Source of the DNA: an uncultured delta proteobacterium
GTDB lineage: Bacteria > Desulfobacterota > RBG-13-43-22
Direction: 5' to 3'
Assembly (NCBI GenBank): GCA_963790475.1
Contig: CAWBOS010000010.1
Coordinates: 480,001-544,000, forward strand
DNA: 64,000 bases
The translations under genes were made by a program, and so were the position numbers. The notes under the pieces were generated by a model, which saw only the letters and a list, made by a program, of their open reading frames with translations, made no database searches and was not told where the DNA came from. This document shows positions 56,367 through 64,000 of this stretch, in pieces. Each line of letters opens with the position of its first letter. Within the stretch, counting starts at the first letter, position 1.

Positions 56367-56654
56367 ATGAGTGCATACGCAATCTTCGATGTCGAAATCC
56401 GCGACCTTGCACGTTACCAGGAGTTCATGAAAGCTGTGAAGCCCGCGCTCGAAGCGGCTGGAGGAAAGTATCTTGCACGAGGCGGAGCGCATAAGGTTTA
56501 TGAAGGGGACTGGCAGCCAAGGCGAATCGTGCTTCTTGAGTTTCCGTCCATGGCAGCAATGGAAGAGTTCTACAATGGATCCGTATACCGCGAACTCAAA
56601 AGCATGAGAGAGGAGTGCAGTTCTGCTCGGCTCGTATGTGTTGAAGGCATTTAG
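56367..56654 (+). CDS. DUF1330 domain protein
   Basis: Pattern M.AY.I.DV...D..RY..GG.YLARGG....EGDW.P.RIVLLEFPS..FY....Y...R; AAAGGA ribosome site. Confidence 0.92.
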   Translation: MSAYAIFDVEIRDLARYQEFMKAVKPALEAAGGKYLARGGAHKVYEGDWQPRRIVLLEFPSMAAMEEFYNGSVYRELKSMREECSSARLVCVEGI

Positions 56655-56810
56655 CCAAAATATCACGCCAATCGCAACGGTGATGCCTAACCCCAACCTA
56701 TTTGGAGCGGGAAATGAAGTGGGAGTTTCGGCAACATCCAATATAAATCCTCCATAGGGGATCAAGCCCTTGTGGAGGCTTGTTTTTCACCTTGTCCCTT
56801 TTTTACTCAC

Positions 56811-56839
56811 TTGACTCCTCTTTCCTCCTAATCTATATT
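56811..56839 (+). promoter_or_regulatory. Sigma-70 promoter
   Basis: TTGACT-17 bp-TATATT upstream of the gene at 56883. Confidence 0.55.
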
Positions 56840-56882
56840 CCTAATTGATGAAATGTGGGTCTAAGGACAGGAGAGGGCAGGC

Positions 56883-57638
56883 ATGCTGAAAATCGGACAC
56901 CGGGGCGCCATGGGCTATGCCCCTGAAAACACTCTGGGCTCCTTGGCCAAGGCCCTGGAACTTGGTGTGGATGGGATTGAGTTGGAAAAAATCTTAGTTT
57001 CCGATTTTGACGGGACCATGACCTCTCTTGACTTTTACCAAGTGGCCCTCGAATATCTCCCGGTATCGGCCGCTTCTATTTGGGAAGCGCATATGAGGGA
57101 AGAGATGGGTCTTTTTGATGCCCTGGCGGGAATATTTGCCCGGCTGCATTGCTCGGAAGCGCAGATGGAGGTCCTGTTGAAAAAGGTAGGATTAGACCTG
57201 GGGATAAAAAAGGCCTGCAACCGTCTGCTCGACCATGGATGGCGGCTGGTCATCGCCTCGGCCGGGTGTGCCTGGTATATTGATAAGCTTCTCACCCCCC
57301 TCAACATTGAGGCCGAGATTCACGCCAACCCCGGCCATTTCAGCGAAGCGGAGGGGCTGATCATGGAGCTCCCCATCGCCTCCCGTTATTGCAGCCGGGA
57401 AACCGGTATCGATAAAACCCGTTTGGTTCATGCGGTCCATGGCCGTAGTGTTGTGGCCTTTGCCGGTGACGGTCCGCCGGACTTAGGTCCGGCGCTTCTG
57501 GTTCCTCCGTCGCTGCGCTTTGCCAAAGGAAAGCTGGCCGAAGAACTGAAGGAAAGAGGGGAGGGCTTTAAACGGTTCCGATCCTGGAGTGAGGTGGTCG
57601 ATAATCTTCTTGACGGCAGTACGGAATATCGACAATAA
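56883..57638 (+). CDS. MtnX-like HAD-IB phosphatase carrying an N-terminal glycerophosphodiester phosphodiesterase fragment
   Basis: First 34 aa IGHRGA.GYAPENT..S..KA..LGVDGIEL (GDPD start), then LVSDFDGTMT, IASAG, I.AN, GIDK, FAGDG.PD and FAKG.L (HAD-IB). Confidence 0.8.
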   Translation: MLKIGHRGAMGYAPENTLGSLAKALELGVDGIELEKILVSDFDGTMTSLDFYQVALEYLPVSAASIWEAHMREEMGLFDALAGIFARLHCSEAQMEVLLKKVGLDLGIKKACNRLLDHGWRLVIASAGCAWYIDKLLTPLNIEAEIHANPGHFSEAEGLIMELPIASRYCSRETGIDKTRLVHAVHGRSVVAFAGDGPPDLGPALLVPPSLRFAKGKLAEELKERGEGFKRFRSWSEVVDNLLDGSTEYRQ

Positions 57639-57647
57639 TCCCCCCTT

Positions 57648-58538
57648 CTATTTTTTCATACCAAGTTCGATTAAAAAGCGGTCAAATTCAGGCGTCCAGA
57701 TGGGAATAGCGTTTTTGGAAACAAAGAGGAAATGACCGTCATACCCAAAAGGTGGCTGTATCACCAGCCGACCTTTGGCCCCGGCTTCCTCGAAGGCCGC
57801 AAACATCTCCCTGACGACTCTTGGCCCAAAAAAAAGGTCATTTTCAGCATAGTGCCAGAGAACCGGAACTTTTATCGTCTTGGCAAATTTTCTTATTGTT
57901 TCGACCAGTCGCTCCGGGGCGCAGGGGATTCCGGGGTGGGTCTCAGGGCTTCCGCCATTTCCTCCGGCAAAATTGACCACGCCGATAATACCGGGAGGAT
58001 TCAGGCTGGCGGCGGCCAAAGAGCCAAGGCCTCCGGCTGATTGGCCGACCAAAAGAATTTGGTCGGGTCGTACGAAAGAAAGTTTAGAAGCAAAGGTTAA
58101 AGTCGCCAGGATATCCCTGGCCGTTTCCATAGCGGCTTCATAGTAGAGAGGGGTATCGCATGGGCCGAAATCTTCAGCCCAGGGTCCCCCGGAGCTTCCG
58201 TGACCCCGCCGGATGGGGACAATAACGGCAAAGCCGCGTTTTAGAAATTCACGGATTTGGGGAATAACCCGGAACCGGCCGATGTCATGAAGGAAAACGG
58301 AGTCTCTCCTGGTCCCATGGCTTAAGACGATGAGGGGAAAGGGGCCGTTGCCCGGAGGATGAAAGGTGGTAGCCGTTAATAGTATCTCTTTCTTCCCCAA
58401 GCTGCCGTCCAGGAACAGGGGAACCCGGACAACTTCCTCGTTGAGATCAGCCAGAATTTCTTCATCCTGTGCCAGAACCGACCACGGGAAAAGGAGAAGG
58501 AAAAATACGATCAGGTATCTGAATTGTTTATTATCCAT
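57648..58538 (-). CDS. Exported alpha/beta hydrolase, dienelactone hydrolase-like
   Basis: Signal peptide; motifs GPFPLIVLSHG, RRGHG.S.G, GQSAGG, NFAGG, YAEND.FF and DGH. Confidence 0.88.
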   Translation of the reverse strand: MDNKQFRYLIVFFLLLFPWSVLAQDEEILADLNEEVVRVPLFLDGSLGKKEILLTATTFHPPGNGPFPLIVLSHGTRRDSVFLHDIGRFRVIPQIREFLKRGFAVIVPIRRGHGSSGGPWAEDFGPCDTPLYYEAAMETARDILATLTFASKLSFVRPDQILLVGQSAGGLGSLAAASLNPPGIIGVVNFAGGNGGSPETHPGIPCAPERLVETIRKFAKTIKVPVLWHYAENDLFFGPRVVREMFAAFEEAGAKGRLVIQPPFGYDGHFLFVSKNAIPIWTPEFDRFLIELGMKK

Positions 58539-58643
58539 TTCCTTTTTCCCTTTCTTGAGCATTGATTGGCTCATTGGTTGGGGATTTTTTTGTTTTATGA
58601 CCGCGCCTCTCCTTTTGGCGGCGTTTCAATCTTCAAAACCAAA

Positions 58644-59432
58644 TTATTTTTTCTGGATGAATTTCTGAGCCTCGGCGCTAAAGGATTGGCCGCTGCCGGC
58701 ACCTAAGCAGATATCGGTTTCCAGGCGTAACCCCCAGTCCAAGGGGGTGGACATCGACATATTAACCGCTCGTTTGGCACCGGCGACATGGCGCGGATTC
58801 AGTTTGGCCATTTCTTCAGCCAGTTTCCTGGCCTCGGACATCAATTGGTCTTTGGGATAGACATGGCTGACCAGATTGATCCGGAGGGCTTCCTGGGCAT
58901 TGATGCGGCGGCCGGTAATAATCAGCTCTTTGGCATAAGCCGGGCCCACAATCCGGGGCAAACGTTGAGTGGAGCCGAGATCGGGGATGACGCCGAGGGG
59001 CATCTCGGGCAAAGCGAACACGGCCTGTTCGACGCAAAGGCGGATGTCACAACAGAGACTCAGTTCAAAGGCCGCGCCGAGGCAATAGCCGTTGATGGCC
59101 GCAATCACCGGAACCGCCAGTTCTTCATACATGGTGAAAATGGACTTTAGCCCGTAAAGACGGTCAAAGCCGTCCCGGTACGCCCCCAGCAAGGCCGATC
59201 CGGATCCACCTCCGGCGATCATTTTCAGATCCATACCGGCACTGAAGGCCCGCTCGCCGGCGCCGGTCATGATGACCACGCGAATCTCAGGCGTCTCCTT
59301 GATTCTCTGGGCCGCAGCCATCAGGGCACGGTAAGAATCCTGATTGAAGGCGTTCATCGCTTCCGGCCTGTTCAAGGTAACCGTGGCGATGGTTTCATCG
59401 ATGGTCAGCAATACTGTTTGATTGTCCGTCAT
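58644..59432 (-). CDS. Enoyl-CoA hydratase/isomerase family protein
   Basis: Motifs [35 protein letters not shown] and PE..LG.IPD.G.TQRLPR. Confidence 0.94.
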   Translation of the reverse strand: MTDNQTVLLTIDETIATVTLNRPEAMNAFNQDSYRALMAAAQRIKETPEIRVVIMTGAGERAFSAGMDLKMIAGGGSGSALLGAYRDGFDRLYGLKSIFTMYEELAVPVIAAINGYCLGAAFELSLCCDIRLCVEQAVFALPEMPLGVIPDLGSTQRLPRIVGPAYAKELIITGRRINAQEALRINLVSHVYPKDQLMSEARKLAEEMAKLNPRHVAGAKRAVNMSMSTPLDWGLRLETDICLGAGSGQSFSAEAQKFIQKK

Positions 59433-59469
59433 AACTCTCTTCCTTTCTTTATAACATTATTGATTTAGT

Positions 59470-59562
59470 ATGATAGCAATCGAGCGTTCAAGAGTCAATC
59501 GACCAGACGACGAATTTTTTTCCTATTTTCCCTTGACTCCTATTTCTTTCTCATCTTATACT
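59470..59562. promoter_or_regulatory. Divergent sigma-70 promoter pair
   Basis: Minus strand TTGACT-17 bp-TATCAT (59498-59470) and plus strand TTGACT-18 bp-TATACT (59533-59562). Confidence 0.55.
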
Positions 59563-59672
59563 CCCCCACATATTAAAGCAAGCCTGTAACGGGAAAGGTT
59601 TGAAAATTTGAATAGAAGGTCCAGGCCCTTTGTTTTTAAGGCCAGGCTTGATTTTTGGAGGTCGAAGATTTT

Positions 59673-60914
59673 ATGAAAAAAGCAAGATTAAGTGAAACCG
59701 GGTCTGCCCGCGAAACCCAACGACCGGAAAATCCCGTGAAAGGGATCTGGATGCTCCCCGGTTTTGGAAACACGGGAGTGGTCGAAACCTCCCAAGGGCT
59801 GGCCCTGGTAGATGTCCCCGGGTACCACTGGGTCGGGCGAATGATGGAGATGCTCAGAGAAAATTTTAAAACCCCGGTGCACACGATCTTTCTCACCCAT
59901 GGTCACCTGGATCATGCCTTAACCCTGGACCGGGTTTTTGAAGAAAACGAAAAAAAAGGTTGTACGGGACCTCGGGTGATCGCTCACAGGAATCTGGTTA
60001 AACGATTCAATCGCTATCGAATGCTCGCCGGCTATCACGACCATATCAACCGGATTCAATTCGCCGTTCCTGAAGGGGTCTCGGCTTTTCCTCTTCCCCA
60101 ACGGTATCCCGATATCACCTTTGATCAAAGCCTCAGCCTTTCCATCGGCGGGCTGGATTTTCATGCCTTTCATGAACTGGGGGAGACCGACGACGCCCTG
60201 TGGGTCTGGGTCCCTGAAAAAAAAGCGGTTTTCGCCGGGGATATGGTCATCATGGGCATGCCCAATGTAGGCAATCCTTTCAAGGTTCAACGATATACCC
60301 TGGAATGGGCTGAAGGACTTGAGGCCATCGTGGCCAGGGAGCCGGAGATCCTTATCCCCGGTCATAGTCCTATCATTCTAGGAAAAGAAAAGATTCGAAA
60401 ACAATTGCTCACCGTATCCCGGGCCCTTCGATACCTCCATGATCAGGTGGTCAAGCGCCTTAATGCCGGTATGTGGTATGAGGACATCCTTCATGAAGTG
60501 GATTTGCCCGAGGATTTAAAATCTTCAGAGCATCTGGCGCCTGTGTATGGATGTCCGAAATTTGTGGTTCACGGCATTCTCCGCCAGTACACCGGCTGGT
60601 ATGACGGTAACCCCTCAAACCTTTTCCCTCCTAAAAAGGCCGAGATCCAAAAAGAGATTGCCTCTTTGATTGGAAAAGGGAAAGTGATAAAAAAAGCCCT
60701 TGATCTCAAAGAAAAAGGGAGGACGGCCATGGCCCTTCAATTCGTGGATATAGCTTTGTCCGCCGATCCGGACCCGGAGGAAGAGAAAAAGTTACACCAT
60801 CTGAAGGGTGAGCTGCTTGGCATCATGGGGGATAACGAACCCAGCTACATTGCCCGGAATATTTTTTACAACGGGCACAATCAGGAGATGAAATTAGCCG
60901 GGGTGAAGGATTGA
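59673..60914 (+). CDS. MBL-fold alkyl sulfatase-like hydrolase with dimerisation domain
   Basis: Motifs THGHLDH, GETDD, PN.GNP.KVQRY, IPGH and Y.GWYDGNP..L.P; GGAGG ribosome site. Confidence 0.88.
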   Translation: MKKARLSETGSARETQRPENPVKGIWMLPGFGNTGVVETSQGLALVDVPGYHWVGRMMEMLRENFKTPVHTIFLTHGHLDHALTLDRVFEENEKKGCTGPRVIAHRNLVKRFNRYRMLAGYHDHINRIQFAVPEGVSAFPLPQRYPDITFDQSLSLSIGGLDFHAFHELGETDDALWVWVPEKKAVFAGDMVIMGMPNVGNPFKVQRYTLEWAEGLEAIVAREPEILIPGHSPIILGKEKIRKQLLTVSRALRYLHDQVVKRLNAGMWYEDILHEVDLPEDLKSSEHLAPVYGCPKFVVHGILRQYTGWYDGNPSNLFPPKKAEIQKEIASLIGKGKVIKKALDLKEKGRTAMALQFVDIALSADPDPEEEKKLHHLKGELLGIMGDNEPSYIARNIFYNGHNQEMKLAGVKD

Positions 60915-60955
60915 AGAAAAAAGGGAGTTGGATGTAGGAACAGGAGGACCGCCAA

Positions 60956-61756
60956 TTGAAAATCGTGGTTTTAATCAAGCAGGTTCCAGCCACCGATAAG
61001 GTCAAGATGGATGAGGAGACCGGAACGATGATCCGGGAGGGCATAGAATCCGAAATCAATCCACTGGACTTATACGCGATCGAAGAAGCCGTCAGGATCA
61101 AAGAGAGGGTGGGAACCGGGGTTGAGATCAGTGTGATCTCCATGGGACCCAAGAAAGCCGAGGAAGCTATCCGAAGCGCCATTGCCCTTGGGTGTGACCA
61201 AGGATACCTCCTTTCAGACCGCAAATTTGCCGGTTCCGACACTTGGGTTACGGCCTACACCCTTTCCCAGGGGATAATAAAGATCATCGGTTCATTCGAC
61301 CTGATCCTCTGCGGAGAGAGAGCAACCGATGGAGAGACCGGACAGGTCGGGCCGGAAGTAGGGGCCTATTTGGATCTTCCGGTTCTCACCTATGTCAGCA
61401 AGATCGAGGAAATCGGCCAAGAAAAAATTGTTGCCCATCGCGCTATCGAAGGGGGCCACGAACGGGTCGAGGCACCCCTGCCGGTGCTGATCAGTGTGGT
61501 CAAAGAAATTAATACGCCCCGGATGCCCAATTTCAGCGGAAAGATGAAGGCCAAGAAGGTTGAAATCCCCCTGGTAACAGCGGATGATATCGGGGCCGAC
61601 GAATCAAGACTGGGGCTTAAAGGGTCGCCTACCAGGGTGGTCAAGATCTTTCATCCCCAGGTGGCCCGAAAGGGAAAGATTGTTTCCGCAGCCGGTGATC
61701 CGGATGGAGCGGTGAATGGTCTGGTGGGTTTTCTGGCCGAGAAAGCGATTATATAA
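60956..61756 (+). CDS. etfB: Electron transfer flavoprotein beta subunit
   Basis: Motifs V.IKQVP, INP.D..A.E.A, SMGP, LLSDR.FAGSDT, G..ATDGETGQVGP and GLKGSPT.V. Confidence 0.96.
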   Translation: MKIVVLIKQVPATDKVKMDEETGTMIREGIESEINPLDLYAIEEAVRIKERVGTGVEISVISMGPKKAEEAIRSAIALGCDQGYLLSDRKFAGSDTWVTAYTLSQGIIKIIGSFDLILCGERATDGETGQVGPEVGAYLDLPVLTYVSKIEEIGQEKIVAHRAIEGGHERVEAPLPVLISVVKEINTPRMPNFSGKMKAKKVEIPLVTADDIGADESRLGLKGSPTRVVKIFHPQVARKGKIVSAAGDPDGAVNGLVGFLAEKAII

Positions 61757-61757
61757 A

Positions 61758-61874
61758 TCAAGGTTCAAGGTCTGAGGTGTAAGGGTTCAAGGTTTTTCCA
61801 TAAGCCAAAAACCATACACCCTTATACCTTGCACCTTGTACCTTATACCTACTTATACCCTGGACCGTACACTT
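61758..61874. repeat. Inverted pair of 7-bp tandem repeat arrays (family C, copy 2)
   Basis: TCAAGGT TCAAGGT CTGAGGT GTAAGG.. faces ACCTTGC ACCTTGT ACCTTAT.. between etfB and etfA. Confidence 0.8.
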
Positions 61875-61900
61875 AAAAATATTTTGTAAAAGGAAACTAA

Positions 61901-62920
61901 ATGGAAGAACGAGATTATAGTCAATATAAAGGGGTATGGGTGTTGGGGGAAGTGAGAGATCGACAAATTCACCCCGTATCCTATGAACTTCTGGCCTGGG
62001 GAAGAGGACTGGCAGATAAACTCTCGGTGGATCTTTCCATTGTCATCATCGGGAGCGCTATTAAGGACCAGGTCGGAGAACTCATAGCCAGAGGCGTGGA
62101 TAAGGTTTATGTGATTGATCATCCGGCCCTGGAACACTTCAGGGTTGACCCTTTTGCGGCGGTTCTCACGGCCCTGGTCAAGGAATACAAACCGGAGATT
62201 TTGATCGCCTCGGCCACAACCATGGGGCGGACTATTATGCCCATTTTGGCCGTGAAGCTGGACGCCGGTCTCACGGCCGACTGCACCGGGTTGGATATTG
62301 ATTTGGGGGAAAAACTCCTTATTCAAACCCGCCCGGCCGTGGGAGGAAATATTATGGCCACCATCAAGACCCCGGTTTTACGGCCTCAAATGTCAACCGT
62401 TCGCCCCAAGTCCAAGAGGGCCCTCCCCAGCGACCCTTCAAGAAAGGGAGAAGTCATCATCAAACAGTTCAGCGAGGAGATTCTAAGTTCGAGGGTCAAA
62501 AGGCTGAATTTTATAAAAGAGGAAGCTATCGGGGCGCCCATTCAGGACGCCGAGCATATCGTGGCCTTCGGCAAGGGTCTGAAAGACGGCAAGCATGTGG
62601 AACTGATGGCCGAACTGGCTGAAATTTTCAAGGGAACCTTGGGGGCCTCGAGGAGTGCCACCGATCTCGGTTGGATTTCATATTCCCATCAGGTCGGTCT
62701 CAGCGGGAAGACGGTCTGTCCCAGGCTCTATATTGCTGTCGGAATTTCAGGGGCGGTCCAACATCTGGCCGGTATGTCCTCAGCCGAGACTATCGTGGCT
62801 ATCAATGCCGATCCGGAGGCGAATATTTTCGGAGTTGCGGATTACGGAATCGTGGGAGACCTTTTTGAGGTAGTTCCTCTCTTGATAACAAAATTAAAGG
62901 AAAAAGCCAAGGAGGCGTAA
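61901..62920 (+). CDS. etfA: Electron transfer flavoprotein alpha subunit
   Basis: Motifs GLTADCT, QTRPA.GGNIMATI, PQMSTVRP, GASR, QVGLSGKTV.P.LYIA.GISGA.QHLAGM and AIN.D..A.IF. Confidence 0.96.
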   Translation: MEERDYSQYKGVWVLGEVRDRQIHPVSYELLAWGRGLADKLSVDLSIVIIGSAIKDQVGELIARGVDKVYVIDHPALEHFRVDPFAAVLTALVKEYKPEILIASATTMGRTIMPILAVKLDAGLTADCTGLDIDLGEKLLIQTRPAVGGNIMATIKTPVLRPQMSTVRPKSKRALPSDPSRKGEVIIKQFSEEILSSRVKRLNFIKEEAIGAPIQDAEHIVAFGKGLKDGKHVELMAELAEIFKGTLGASRSATDLGWISYSHQVGLSGKTVCPRLYIAVGISGAVQHLAGMSSAETIVAINADPEANIFGVADYGIVGDLFEVVPLLITKLKEKAKEA

Positions 62921-62927
62921 AAAAACA

Positions 62928-64000
62928 ATGGAGCGTCAATATGGGAAGGTCACGATTGAGATCATCGATGAGTTGAAAAAGATCGTCGGGGAGAAGAATA
63001 CCATTTTTGATGATAAGGCCAAGCTGAAAGAATATGGAATGGATACCTTATCCCTGATCACCGGGGTGGTTGCCGAACCGGAGGTGGCGGTGAGACCCGA
63101 ATCCACGATGGAGGTGGCGGCCGTTATGAAACTGGCTGCCAAATACAATATTCCGGTGACTGCCAGAGGGGCGGGGACCGGCCTGGCCGGGTCGGCCATC
63201 CCCGTCAGCAACGGGATTGTTCTTTCTTTAGAAAAAATGAACAAGATATTGGAGATCGATACGGTGGACCGGGTGGCGGTCGTCGAAGCCGGGGTCATCA
63301 CCAAAGATCTCTGCCGGAAGGTGGAGGAACACGGGCTTATGTACGCCGGATATCCCATGAGTACCGAGAGCAGTTTCATCGGCGGGAATGTGGCCACTAA
63401 CGCCGGGGGGGCAAAGGTCATCAAGTACGGAAATACCCGGAAACATATTCTTGGATTGGAAGTGGTGCTGGCCTCCGGAGAAGTCCTCCAGCTTGGAGGT
63501 CGTTTCCGAAAGAGCACCTGGGGTTATGATCTTATGGAGACCATCATCGGGTCGGAGGGAACCCTGGCCATCGTCACCAAGGTTATCGTCAATTTAATAC
63601 CCGGTGGGGGTAAGACCCTGGATCTTATCGTGCCTTTTCCGGATACGGAAACTGCGGTCATCTCCGTGTCCAAAATGATCGTCGAAGGCAACATTTTCCC
63701 GGTGGCGGTCGAATTCATGGACCGAATGTCCCTGACCCTATCGGCCAAACATCACGAGATCACCCTCCCCTTCACCGATAGGGACGACGTGGGGGCTTTT
63801 CTCATTATCCAGCTTCATGGAAAATCGCAGGAAGAACTGGATGAGATTTATGAAAAAGCCGGTGAATTGTGTTTGGGAAATGGGGCCCTGGATGTCTTTG
63901 CCGCCGAGAGCCGGCGCGACTCGGAAAATATCTGGAAGGTCAGGGAAGAATACAGCCCAGGGTTTAGATTCCTTGAAAAAATGTTCTACGGGAACCCGGG
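62928..64000 (+). CDS. FAD-linked oxidoreductase, GlcD / D-lactate dehydrogenase (LctD-like), 3' end outside the window
   Basis: ATG at 62928 (MERQYGKV..). Motifs VTARGAGTGLAG, IGGNVATNAGG..KYG.TR..LGLEVV.ASG and GYDL...IGSEGTLAIVT. Open to the window end, so absent from the ORF track. Confidence 0.92.
   Translation, partial: MERQYGKVTIEIIDELKKIVGEKNTIFDDKAKLKEYGMDTLSLITGVVAEPEVAVRPESTMEVAAVMKLAAKYNIPVTARGAGTGLAGSAIPVSNGIVLSLEKMNKILEIDTVDRVAVVEAGVITKDLCRKVEEHGLMYAGYPMSTESSFIGGNVATNAGGAKVIKYGNTRKHILGLEVVLASGEVLQLGGRFRKSTWGYDLMETIIGSEGTLAIVTKVIVNLIPGGGKTLDLIVPFPDTETAVISVSKMIVEGNIFPVAVEFMDRMSLTLSAKHHEITLPFTDRDDVGAFLIIQLHGKSQEELDEIYEKAGELCLGNGALDVFAAESRRDSENIWKVREEYSPGFRFLEKMFYGNP

Overview
A 64-kb bacterial chromosomal segment, most consistent with an anaerobic deltaproteobacterium (Desulfobacterota-like; inferred from gene content). 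An AT-rich accessory stretch (1-4.7 kb) ends at tRNA-Arg(CCT). A core region follows (4.7-45 kb) with tRNA-His, a fused AccA-AccD carboxyltransferase, gmhB, a decayed toxin-antitoxin islet, a glycosyltransferase cluster next to a sigma-54-driven type IV pilin gene, proC, purC, a receiver-domain-LpxC fusion, mreB, ispG, proS, relA/spoT, rpmB and purM. The last part (45-64 kb) holds accessory metabolic genes, a diguanylate cyclase, a cobalamin riboswitch, several broken genes, and an etfB-etfA-FAD dehydrogenase operon. The strongest unexplained signal is a ~190-bp structured intergenic repeat with 8 full or partial copies. It has terminal inverted repeats and two covarying hairpins whose loops (TGAGAGG / CCTCTCA) are complementary. 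Two copies bracket a GxxExxY PD-(D/E)XK nuclease-like gene, suggesting an undescribed nuclease-plus-repeat mobile system. Two other palindromic repeat families are present. All calls come from reading motifs by eye; no database search or folding program was run.
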